From Nemertoderma westbladi (Eukaryota; Animalia; Xenacoelomorpha), in assembly GCA_032718475.1 (NCBI GenBank), contig JAUCBJ010007712.1, positions 41,721-105,720 of the forward strand: a stretch of DNA of 64,000 nucleotides. The letters run 5' to 3'. The notes below the pieces were generated by a model. It made no database searches, was not told where the DNA came from, and saw nothing but the letters and a program-made list of their open reading frames with translations. Positions 41,374 to 52,554 of this stretch are shown one piece after another. Position numbers and translations under genes: made by a program. Each line of letters opens with the position of its first letter. The stretch's first letter is position 1.

Positions 41374-43625
41374 GTAACAGTTACTTTGTATTGCAGTGTA
41401 AGCATTAAATACAGTTTAATACTGTTCTGTCGAACAGTAACAGTTATAATCTTATTGCAGTAGGCAATAAGGTTGCAAAATACCGTAGTGACCAGTAAAA
41501 CTGAACCGGTACTTTGTAGGTCAGTAGGCCTAACTGTCATCACCGGTACCGGTACTGCTGTACAAGTACATTTAGTATTATTTCGATTGTGATCTATTGT
41601 ATATTGTAGGCTGCCAGGGGAATAGGGATTGATCACCCCTCATTCTTTTGTATAGTTTACTTATTTCTGTCGGTTTTATTTACTAGTAGGCTAATATTGA
41701 GCAGAAGGCGTGTGACCCTGCTCAGATTGTTCAGATAATTGTAGGCTGAGCTGCTGTCTGACTGTTGTTGAGTTTGGAGAGATTACGGCGTGTGTAGAGT
41801 TTGTCTGATAAAGTGCCGTTAGTAAGTTGGGGCAGCCATATGCTGAAGGTCAATCCCCTCTTAAAGAATAAGTCGTACTACCGTGTTAGAACGCATACTA
41901 ACTAACAGTTTCAGAGTCTGCATATACTGTAGTTTATTTAGGCTTGATCGTAGTCTGCCAGTGTTTTAGTCTGTGTTTGTTTGTGTGGTCTGTTCAGGTA
42001 CCGTAATAGTTATTACTCAAATATTTTGTAGGCTGGATTGTTGTCTGGCTATTTTTGGGTCTGAAGGGATTGCTGCGTGTGTAGAGTTGGTCTGATCAAG
42101 TGCCGTTAGTAAGTTGGGGCAGCCATAAGCGGTAAGGTCAATCCCCTCTTAAAGAGTAAGTCGTACTACCGTGTTAGAACGCATACTAACTAACAGTTTC
42201 AGAATCTGCACATACAGTAGTTTATTTAGGCTTGGTGGTAGTCTGCCAGCGTTTGGTTTGTATTTTGTTTGAGTATTCTGTACGGGTAGCGTAATATTTA
42301 TTATTCAGAGTTTATGCGATTATTCGCAACATTCATGTCCCCAAGTTTATTCCTACAGTAATTGTGTTTGTTACACATACCGTTATAGTTAAACTAACCC
42401 CGGTACTACATCAGGGCTGCTCGGCGTAGGTAAAGACTGGAGATTTTGTGCTTCGGTCACTCCAGCAGATGCCGTGGTTCTTTTAACTGTTCAAGTATAT
42501 TTAACTACTGATTATTTGTTATACCGGTACTTGTACCTAATTTAGGGTTTAGTGTACAGTGCTTTCCGAAGTAATTAGTGTAGGCAGTATATTTGTGTTG
42601 TAAAGTGGTTGATAGGCACATTCGTTAGCTCTATTAGCTTCTGGGTAGGAACAATCCGTGATACATAACGTAGTACCTATAGCGATACGGTTATAGGTCG
42701 TCAGGCGGTGGTATTTTCCTATCTGGACAGTACAATATATTTACTACTACTTATTATTTAAATACCGTAGTACCCTGTCCGTTGTAATACAGTAATAACC
42801 AGAATTCTAACCCTTTGTTAGGCTGGTTTGTAGACTTCCTGTAAAATTACCCTAAAAATTTCGTACGTAATATTTTGTTGTGTTTAATTAGAGAATTAAT
42901 CTCACCCATATCGTAAGTAATTTGTAGTATTAAGTAACTTAGGTAAATTAGAATTATCAGTTTTAGTGTCAAATAAATAGCACTTCACTGAGAGGCGTTC
43001 AGCTTCTGTGTAGTGACTCCCCCAGAAATAATAACATTTATTTCAAATATTGACAAAACCCTTTTAAACGGGTATATAAATATTATAAATCAACTCAAAC
43101 GATTTATAAATAGTAGGCCTGCCATACAACAACTAGGTCTCAATATCAGTTGGACTACTGCTTAAATAACGGTAACAAAGTAAGTTAAAGTAACCAAGTA
43201 ACCCTAAAATATTCAGAAATTCAATTATTCTAAAATAATTGACATACCGGTATTTACCATAGGCTTATTATATTTATTTCTATAAATTTGTGCTGAAATC
43301 ATACCGGTACTCTGTAATTAATTATAGTCCAGAATTATACTTATATACTATAAGTGTAGGCTGTATACCGGTATTCACGATAGGCCTATTATATATTTAT
43401 ATATATTTGTGCTAAAATTATATACCGGTACTCTGTGACAAATCTAGTCTGTAATAATACTTATATATATATTATAAGCATACCGGTATTCTAATATATT
43501 ATATATATATCACGCTACACTGAGTAGCAGTATCGGTAATTAATTACTAGGCTAACAGTGATACTGAATTACTAGACTTGCTTTAACTGTAATATAACAG
43601 TAGGCATTCAACTGTACAATCAAAC

Positions 43626-46600
43626 ATGGCTGACACAAGGCAAACTCTGTCAGATAGTCTCCTAGAAACAACAGCTTGTTTCTCAGATCAAAGTGTAGAG
43701 AATCCCAGACCGAGGTCTGAAACCCCTCATACTGTAAGAAGGGCAACCCCTGCAGTGGTTGTGTCAGAACCTAGGTTGGTAGAAAAGATTTCGCAATTTG
43801 CGAAGTTAGTGAAGCGCCGTTGGTCTGCCATAGGCACTCGGGCCCAAGTCAAGCGGGATCAAGAAGAAGCTATAAAACAGCAGCAACCTCCTAGCCAAGA
43901 ACCGGGTCCTCAGCAGTCCGATAGCTCCAGTAGTTCGGATACTGTTGAGCGGACGCCAGAACGCGGAGCGAAGATGGCGGATACGGTTTATGATGGGCGG
44001 CCAGCCTGTGGGGAATCAACCAACGCCACTTCTTCTCAAGTGGAAAGTGAGGTGGAAAGCGAAGTGGAAAGTGAGGTGGAAAGCGAAGTGGAAAGCGAGG
44101 TGGAAAGCGAAGTGGAAAGCGAATTAACATCAGCAGAGAAGCCGCGAACTAGAGACGCTATCGACATTTATTTGTCCGACTATCAGCGATTCCTAGGAGA
44201 CGAAGAGTTGAGGAGACGGCTGTCTGGACTTTCCCCTAATAGTGAAGGAACCAAGCTTGTGTTGGACGCAATCGATGCCGAAATGTTAGCTGCAAACCAA
44301 GCTGAATGTGATGAAAAACTCCGCCTCATTAGAGTCCGAGAAGAACAAGTAAAGAAAGAACTGATAGAGAAAAGGAAGGTAGCAGCAGCAGCGGCGGCGG
44401 AAGCAGAAGCAGAAAGAAAAGAAGCAGAAGCCGAAAGAAAAGCAACAGTGGCAGAAGCAGAAGCCGAAAGAAAGTCGGCAGAAGCAGAAAGAAAAGCAGC
44501 AGTGGCAGAAGCAGAACGGAGAGCTTCTGAGGAGACTATCCAACTAGAGTTGGAAAATCTGCAAGAGACACAAGACAGTATAAATAAACAGTTTACTGCT
44601 AATCAAATGCAGATGATGAGAAAATCTACTCCCAAGCGCCAAGGATACACATCATCGGAGGAAGGCGAGACCACCGATCCTGAAGGCGGAGGAAATAGAT
44701 CTCGTCTAAGCAGGCGTAGAAAAACATCTCACCGTCATAAACTGCCTGATTTGCCCCCCGCTGTTAAAAGACAGCTAACTAGCACAGATTTAGGTAGTGC
44801 AGAACCCATAGAACAATTTATCCAGGTCAAAAGACTCCCTACTATAGTCGATGAACCTGAAATAATTAGGCCTGTAGTTCCCAAAGTCACTTCTGTGCTA
44901 GAGACCCCTGTACTTCCAGAGCTTAACTCTAAATTCCCTTTACATAGTACTACACTGCCTGTACCCGGTGGAACAGTCCATGCAAACACCCCTGTCCTGA
45001 GCATTGAGAGAGGAATCAAAGATTTGTCTCCCGTCGTCCCGCGTCAGCCCGCTACAATGTTGGCGACTCCCGCTTCGGCGGTTGAGTGGGTGGAAGAGGG
45101 ACGGCGGGGGATGAATCTCCTGCTAGGACAGATGCAGGAGACTGTCCACCAACTTAAGGGAACAGTGAGGGAAGGTAGAGCAGAGTTGCAAGAAGTGCAG
45201 CAAAGTATCGCGCTAGAACGCGACAAATTAGTCAATATACAAAAGGGCATACCAATACCCCCTGTAACATTGTGTCAACCTGTTAGGTCTGAAGTACTAC
45301 ATGCGCAAGGTGTGGAGCCTACACGCATCTATACTGCTAGTGAAGTTGAAACTCCTATAGCAAACCCTATTAAGGGTGATTATAGACCTGTTATTAATGA
45401 TATTCCCTATAGACCTGATAATGATCCGAGAAATTTATATACCGATAATTCGATATTAAATAACACGATGGTCCAAGAAAGCTTTACGCGTCAGATGGCT
45501 AGAACAGAAGCCCGCCAAGCGGTCAAAGTGGGAGAGATCGTCAAATTCAATGGAGATGAGATGAAATGGTTACCTTTCAACGAATATTACAAAGATAGCA
45601 TACAGAACTCTGTACTATCTAACGGAGAGAAACTTAGATTCCTCATCAAGTGCTTGGAAGGACCTCCCAAGTTAATGGCGTTAAAGTTTATTGGACATCC
45701 AGATGGATTAAGACAAGTTTGGGATACATTAAACATCAGGTATGGTAACAAGGATAACATAGCTAAGTATTTGTATGCAAAATTAGTAGCCCCCCGACAC
45801 TTCCTTAGTAGCGGGATTATAGAGTTTTCCGATGAAATTCAAGAGATCTGTAGACAACTGGACTGGTTAGGTAAGTCGCATGAATATCAGAGTTCCATGG
45901 TCATTGGAGCCGTAGTCTCTACTTTACCAAAGGGTGGAGTATGTACGCGCTGGGACAAGAAAGTGTTGTACATGAATGAACAACAACGCCGAAGCCCTAC
46001 CATGGCTGATCTCATGTCCTTCTTAGATAGTGAAGTAAAATTACAACTCATAAGGCAGTCCAGAGAGAAAACATCGGAAAATAAGGTAAGTGAGAAACCC
46101 GTTTCTAGGAGAAGGATAATACCAGTGTGTTATACTGATGACGGCGAAAGCCAAGCTTCTCAAGAAGAGGACAGCGGGAAAGACACAGAACGATCTTACT
46201 ATGACAACAAGACCTATAAAGACGTAAGTAAATACAAGTCTCGAACCAGTGACAGGAGAGAACAGGTAACAACAACTCCTCCTACGTCTCCTAAGAGAAT
46301 TCACGGAAGAAAGCCCGAAGAAAGAACGAGAGTGCATAACGTTAACCAAGTTAAGGTGAGTAACATCAAACCAAAATGTGCGCTGTGCGACGGGCCTCAC
46401 TGTTTGAGTGCGTGTGCTGAATTTCTAAAGAAATCCCCTGTAGACAGACGTACAGTCCTGTGGAATAAGCGGTTATGCTATAATTGCCTCAGATCAGGAC
46501 ACCAACGGCGAACCTGTTACTCCAACGCAAAGTGTGCAAAGTGTGGCGCGAAACATCACATTTTGTTACACAGTGAGTTCGAACGAGACAACCCGAGTCA

Positions 46601-47804
46601 GGTAAGTGAGCCCGAACTACATGTCCAATTCAGTGATGTGAATGACACTGACCAAGGTTCTGAGTGGGAAGGATTCTATACAGACGAATTCTCCGATGCC
46701 AACGAATCCTGTTATCTAATAAATACCACAGTGTATCGAGCACTTACGGATGAAAAGGACACTGACGAGTTTACTCCAACTCCTTTTGACAAACAACCAT
46801 CTTGGAAAGTTCCAACTTCCAACATAGGAATAAGAGAATTTCCTGTAGTGCAAGTTCGAGTTCATGGTCCCAACAAGAGTTACATAGTGAACGCCCTACT
46901 TGACTCCGGCAGCACAGGAACATTCATCGATCAAGAACTAGCCGAAGATATCTTTGCTGGACAACCCAAGTTCCGGACTAAATTGAATATGTCAGGAATT
47001 ATGCAGGTTTGGAAATCTACCCTAACGGCAGATTACTATGTAGGTGTGTTGTCCACCCCCCAGGATAAGTTAGGAACACAAGGTATAAGGTCAGTAAAAA
47101 TGGTGGCTATAAAGAACTTTGCTACTACTCAAGCAGAACCTTATAACTGGGACGAGGACGAGTGCATCCAACATCTTGAGATACCTCGATTCCAAACCGA
47201 TTATCCTGGAGTGCAAATACTCATCGGCCAAAACGCGCATGAGGCGCTCGAGCCATTAGAGAAACGGCCTGCTCAACCACAGCCACTACAAACCTATGCG
47301 GTAAGAACAAGAGTAGGTTGGTACTTCACTGGCCCTTCCCGTAGAACTCTCAAAGAGAGATTACCTCAACAACAGGTATACCAAGTAAAGGGGGAAGTGG
47401 AGAGCAGTGATGTGGACGACCCAACTGAGGGAACACCATACTCCTCAGATAATGACGATATTAACTCCAATGTAGATCAATGGAGACATTGCCTTGGGAC
47501 GATTAATCCAGCCGACATCGCTTCCAGAGGAGCAACTCCTCAAGAACTGATAGATACTCCAGGCTGGTTAGGTGGATCCGACTTCTTAAGTAAAGAAGAA
47601 GAAGAATGGCCTCCTCATCTTACCACGGCGGAGAGTAGACAGGCCAAGGGAGCGGAGAAACTAACACAACCACTCAATCGCCCAGCTAGTCGTTTATGTT
47701 TACTGGAAAGAGACCGAAAACTGTCCGGAAACTATGGAAGGCAAGATACTCTTCCTACGACTACTTCCCTAATCCGGCAAATATCTAGGGACTCCATAAC
47801 GTGA
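43626..47804 (+). CDS. BEL/Pao Gag-protease polyprotein fused to relics of RNase H and the integrase C-terminus (1392 aa)
   Basis: DUF1759-like segment (KFNGDEMKW...EKLRFLIKCLEG); knuckles CALCDGPHCLSAC, CYNCLRSGHQRRTC and CAKCGAKHHILLH; protease ALLDSGS; then QWRHCLGTINPADIASRG and NRPASRLCLLE. No RT YVDD motif and no DDE core. Confidence 0.95.
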   Translation: MADTRQTLSDSLLETTACFSDQSVENPRPRSETPHTVRRATPAVVVSEPRLVEKISQFAKLVKRRWSAIGTRAQVKRDQEEAIKQQQPPSQEPGPQQSDSSSSSDTVERTPERGAKMADTVYDGRPACGESTNATSSQVESEVESEVESEVESEVESEVESEVESELTSAEKPRTRDAIDIYLSDYQRFLGDEELRRRLSGLSPNSEGTKLVLDAIDAEMLAANQAECDEKLRLIRVREEQVKKELIEKRKVAAAAAAEAEAERKEAEAERKATVAEAEAERKSAEAERKAAVAEAERRASEETIQLELENLQETQDSINKQFTANQMQMMRKSTPKRQGYTSSEEGETTDPEGGGNRSRLSRRRKTSHRHKLPDLPPAVKRQLTSTDLGSAEPIEQFIQVKRLPTIVDEPEIIRPVVPKVTSVLETPVLPELNSKFPLHSTTLPVPGGTVHANTPVLSIERGIKDLSPVVPRQPATMLATPASAVEWVEEGRRGMNLLLGQMQETVHQLKGTVREGRAELQEVQQSIALERDKLVNIQKGIPIPPVTLCQPVRSEVLHAQGVEPTRIYTASEVETPIANPIKGDYRPVINDIPYRPDNDPRNLYTDNSILNNTMVQESFTRQMARTEARQAVKVGEIVKFNGDEMKWLPFNEYYKDSIQNSVLSNGEKLRFLIKCLEGPPKLMALKFIGHPDGLRQVWDTLNIRYGNKDNIAKYLYAKLVAPRHFLSSGIIEFSDEIQEICRQLDWLGKSHEYQSSMVIGAVVSTLPKGGVCTRWDKKVLYMNEQQRRSPTMADLMSFLDSEVKLQLIRQSREKTSENKVSEKPVSRRRIIPVCYTDDGESQASQEEDSGKDTERSYYDNKTYKDVSKYKSRTSDRREQVTTTPPTSPKRIHGRKPEERTRVHNVNQVKVSNIKPKCALCDGPHCLSACAEFLKKSPVDRRTVLWNKRLCYNCLRSGHQRRTCYSNAKCAKCGAKHHILLHSEFERDNPSQVSEPELHVQFSDVNDTDQGSEWEGFYTDEFSDANESCYLINTTVYRALTDEKDTDEFTPTPFDKQPSWKVPTSNIGIREFPVVQVRVHGPNKSYIVNALLDSGSTGTFIDQELAEDIFAGQPKFRTKLNMSGIMQVWKSTLTADYYVGVLSTPQDKLGTQGIRSVKMVAIKNFATTQAEPYNWDEDECIQHLEIPRFQTDYPGVQILIGQNAHEALEPLEKRPAQPQPLQTYAVRTRVGWYFTGPSRRTLKERLPQQQVYQVKGEVESSDVDDPTEGTPYSSDNDDINSNVDQWRHCLGTINPADIASRGATPQELIDTPGWLGGSDFLSKEEEEWPPHLTTAESRQAKGAEKLTQPLNRPASRLCLLERDRKLSGNYGRQDTLPTTTSLIRQISRDSIT

Positions 47805-49189
47805 TAGCATGTGGAGTGGGCGTGTGACTATATCATTTTATATTTGTTTTTATTTTATATTTATGTATGTATTATTATGTAATTTTATTATAATCGTTTT
47901 CTTTAATTTTATTTAGTAGAATGTTATTTTAGAGATTATTTAGTAGATTAGTGCAATATATTAGTGCTTATTACGTATGTAATTACTTATAATATATATT
48001 TAGTGCGACGGCGAGAAATAATTATTTTTCTCTTTCCTTACTGTCCGTATTATATTATAAATGCGAGACTATAGTAAGATGACATGTCAGTACTTCTTAA
48101 AGTACAATAAAGCCACTACTATATTTAAGTATTATTGGTAGGCAGAGTATTAGGAATGCAAAGTTCAGATCCTCGAGTCTCGGCTAAACCAAGCTCTGGG
48201 TAGACCTTGGAAACGACTTGCCTCTTCACACTGACATTGCTTCGTGCGATATTGCTCTTCTACCTTATAACAAATAATACATATAGTAGCGTGATGTCCC
48301 TCTAACAGTAGCGTAAATCGCAAATAAATCTGTTAAACTTTTGACCATCTGTAATTCTAGTCGATTAAGGTATCGTGGCACCCACCGATATACTTGAAAG
48401 ACAAATTCTAGAATCAGTGGTTAACGTCCCCAGACAAGTTCTGGAATAAATCGGTGCCCATCCTAAATATTAATTTAATATTTATTAAAATTTGTAAAAT
48501 CCTGATCCTTCAAAATTTCTAGTCACTTAAGATATCGCAGTATTTACCGATATTCTTAGAAGGACTATTTTATAGAATTAAGGATCCTAAGTCCCCAGAT
48601 ATGCTCTGGAATAAAATTTGTGTCAATTTAACATCAAATAATAAAATTCACGGGAATAAATTTAAATTCATATTCAAATGAATTTCATAAATTGTCATTT
48701 TGTACAATTTATAACATTCCCAAAATTCCAGTAATTAATAGATCATGGGAGCGGAGATTCATATTGAGTGTACTAGAGTGTGAGAATCTCCAACATATAG
48801 TCAATAGCCGATAAAATTTATAAAATCATGCATAAAGAGGATATTGACAATTAAAGAATTACTATTAAATAACATCCCAGATCTGTATGCATGAGAATTG
48901 CCCTAATTCTACCGCTAGTTTTCCATAATGTCACCATGACAACACCCACGCTAGAATTAGAAGCAAGTTAAAGGAACAATAAAAAGCTTGCCCCATTGCG
49001 TAGCATAAGAGTATACATAGCGCACTATTAGTATCCAAGGATACATAGTAATAACGTGACATTCTGGAAGACACTGACTAACGGACAAATGGCATGCATG
49101 TGTGCAATAAGTAATGATTGCATGGAATTTGTGCGTTTATAGGTGAATGATACTACTAAAGTGTGTTTACAGTAGCTAATCGCAATTGT

Positions 49190-49591
49190 CTCTCTCTGGA
49201 TGGCACATTCACAAGAATGCTACGCCGGGTACATTGTGTCAAGTACAATGCACACATCTCCAACCAGACACTATATAACATTGGAGGTGTCTCATTGGTT
49301 CCCCCAAGCTTGACACTAGAACAAAATCGCCTCCGCTTTGCAGGACATTGCTTTCGCCGTGAGGACCAGCCAGTGCATAATCTTGTACTTTGGCAGCCTC
49401 ATGGAGTGAATAAGCATGGTGGACAGCCCATGACTTTCTTGAGACGCATCTTAAAGGACACTGGCCTTAAAGATGCGGATGATCTAGCAAATGTCATGGG
49501 TGATAGGGAGTTGTGGCGGTGCAATTTTGTTGACAAGCCGGCATAGCATTCTTAAAAATGCAGCTGCAATGCAGCATGCCGATCCTAGTAG
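49190..49591 (+). mobile_element. 5'-truncated RTE LINE nested in the BEL element
   Basis: Homologous to 16990-17340; TAGTAG tail; 13-bp TSD TAATCGCAATTGT (49177-49189 and 49592-49604). Confidence 0.9.
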
Positions 49592-49841
49592 TAATCGCAA
49601 TTGTAAAGTAGCCTAACTCTACCGAGATAACCTCAAGTGGATTCAAGCCTTTGGGACGGACAGTGGTGGGACTTGTGTCGATTATCGTTGTCGTGTTGTT
49701 GCTACATGTTGGCGCAAACACCGCGACAACGGTACATCGGCGCTGAGAAACCCACTGTCCGGGGTCAAAGACTAGTAGGCAGCGACGCCCGCTTGCCTAA
49801 ATATTGACTCATACTAATATTAATAAACTCAGATAGCAGAT

Positions 49842-51000
49842 ATGACGGAATTAATAGAAGATGACCTTGGTATTAGAGAGCGATATACTCTACCTTTACA
49901 AGCGTTTATGGATAGCTTGATACGCGGTGAAGCCGATCCGACTATTACGGAGGATGATGGTCGTTATATCGAACCGCCGATGTCCCAAGAGCAACTTACG
50001 CGTGAATTGGACTATCGAAAATTAACCGCTCGCTATACGCATCGTAATGGTACGTGTATGGACTTCTTAACTACCGGCCATCCTATCGATTTACATGATA
50101 CGGACGATGTAGACACCCTAAAGGGAAATGGTTCTATTTAAATATCATACCCAGCGGAGTCGTAACGATAAACCGAGAATAGATCACGAAAATTCTATTC
50201 GTAACAGACTGGGAAGCCGAACACGAACCACTATGCCTAGAATCTGAGGAGATTCAGCCTATCGCGCTCGGAACAGCGACAACGATTACATCCTAGAATG
50301 GTATCAAGGTCCAAGGTATCATGGAAATTTATTGAGCGTATTGCAGATTTAATAATTTGCATATTTTTGCGGTTTGCCCTCAATTTATGACTCAATGTCA
50401 CCACTGTCCACTAAAGGGACACGCCAGTTTCGATTGCCCTTTTAATCGCGATTTGGAAAGCGTAGATGAAATGATCACACTACGTTACATTAGAGCTTGG
50501 GAAGCGAACGCTGATTTACATCGTGATTCGCGCCATCGCTATTATCCTGGACGCGCTTACGAAGGAATTTATGCGTTCCATCCTTATCTATTCGCTTCTG
50601 TCGAACAGAAATCACGCATATCGAGTTACAGGAAGTATATCGACGGCCTTACGAGTACCGAGCCCGCGAACGCGAGTTGGAAAGAACCATTAAACCAAGG
50701 AAGTTTCTAACTGCCTATGGTCCACCCACGGCCCTCATTCAGACCACTCGTAAAGGACCCGTAAGAGCGGCTGTCTTGAAACGAGCTCTCAAAGCCGTTA
50801 GACCCTCTCCCCCGACGTTGATGTCAATCAACTCGGCACTTCGACTGGCGGATACACCGACCATAATCCTATACCCTCTGATGCAATCATGTTGCACCCT
50901 TCACCCAGGAGTTATAGCCCTCCTTGTAAAGTGGCTCGCCCCAAAGAGAAAAAGACTCTGGCTAGCTTTAAAAAACTGCGTAAACGCCGTCCGCGCATGA
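49842..51000 (+). pseudogene. Interrupted accessory coding region with a CCHC zinc knuckle in the 3' part of the BEL element
   Basis: Consecutive sense ORFs (49842-50141, 50357-50710, 50677-51000); CHHCPLKGHASFDC fits CX2CX4HX4C. Confidence 0.5.
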
Positions 51001-51086
51001 AAGACTAACTGTTTAGAGTATTTTTATATTTTAGAAACTGTGATTTTGTATATTTTATAGACTTAAATCCCATTTTCTGGGAGCGG

Positions 51087-52315
51087 TGTAAAAGCTTCTG
51101 TGGGATATAACTGGCCCCTTTTGCTTCGCAATCCAGTTTCCCCCAGGCGCTGGAATACTCTAAAAAGGTTCTCTAACTGTATATATATTCCCCTCGCCCG
51201 CAAGGTACCGTTACAGGTGTTTTAACGGACATAAAAGTCATTCTGCTATATACGTGTTTTGGCGGACATGGTAAGGCAAAAAACCTGTAATGCACCAACT
51301 ACCTTTCACAGCTTAGCCGTGATGATTCATATTACGACATCTAACAGCTGGTTGCTGACATGGAAACAGCCATTGGATGCATGGTTCTTTGTTTGGCTTG
51401 AGCCAATCAGAGCGATTTTTCCTGTCGACGTGTAGCTTTTCGGTCGATCATAAGGAGAGTGTTCAGTCTTACTGCTTTTACTTGATACTTTGTTGTTATT
51501 GCTGTCTAAGCCAGAAACACCGGCTCTAAGAACTCTAGTAAAACTGCTTAGATTATAGAAAGTATAACTGTTACCGGCGGTGTTACCTCACTTAATTTAA
51601 CTGCACTAATCATATTGTTTGTACTGCTATTTACCGTCAGTTATTAATTGTATCTATTTGTTGATGGAAATATTGCTCTTTGGAGAATACGGATAAATCA
51701 CCCAAAATTCCCAATTTTCTTGATACACTACAGGTTAGAGAGGCGGGCTATATATAACAATTGCGATTTATATCAATGTGGTGTGTATTGAATCTAATGT
51801 TATTTAGTAGACACTACCTGAGTCAATTGCTGTTCTCTTTATGTGTGATCAAATATACTGACGGTCGGCAGAATAGTGTGCATGATTGTGAGTGTGATGT
51901 GACTGGTAACAAAGCATTTCCTAAAGAATGCGACTTATACTTTAATCATAAGCCTTATCGTTGCGTTTAGTATAAGTCCTAGCTCTGTTTAAATAGATAG
52001 AGCGCCACGTCCTAAAGGAACTGTTAATATTTCCCGAAAGTTAATAATATCTGTCAGAAATTACATATTAGTGATCTATCGAATAATACAATAGGTTTAC
52101 ACTGCAACCTTACACTGCAATAATAAAATCTAAGCATCCGAATTCAGCCTCCCGGGTGTAGATCCATCGGGTGAATGATCGCGCATGGGCTGGCTTCGGC
52201 TAATGTTTTGTTTATTAGCATAAAATATTGTCGTATGCTAAAGGTGTGTTAATTAACTAAAAGACATATAAATTTTGGCAGGTTAAACTGCTAAAGGTCT
52301 TCAAAAGCGCGAACA
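51087..52315 (+). repeat. 3' LTR (1229 bp)
   Basis: Near-identical to 40142-41373, preceded by a PPT-like tract and followed by TSD GATTA. Confidence 0.97.
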
Positions 52316-52554
52316 GATTACTCACAAAGTCTGCCGAATTATTTCCAGTGCGGTTCCCCCCAGTAGGCCCACTCTATACGCCCCAAAGGGATACTCCAGT
52401 ATGACCTACTCATTTAGCTACCGGTACCATTTAAGGATGTAAGGCAGAGATGCGCCTAGTTAAGAAACGAAAATTGCCCAGGCCCCATGCGGGAATCTAA
52501 CCCACGACCTCCTGATACATGTGAATTCAGGTGGGACCTCAGGTTAATTCAAGA

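Larger units (their letters stand above)
40142..52315 (+). mobile_element. BEL/Pao LTR retrotransposon, non-autonomous Gag-protease derivative, very recent insertion
   Basis: TGT...ACA LTRs, 5-bp TSD GATTA (40137-40141 and 52316-52320), purine-rich GGGAGCGG before the 3' LTR, and a BEL-type Gag with three zinc knuckles. Confidence 0.96.

Noticed and set aside
46135-46165. Hammerhead-like CTGATGA-CGGC-GAAAGC in gag
   Set aside because: No stem I and no G-C closing pair for stem II; it lies in coding sequence.
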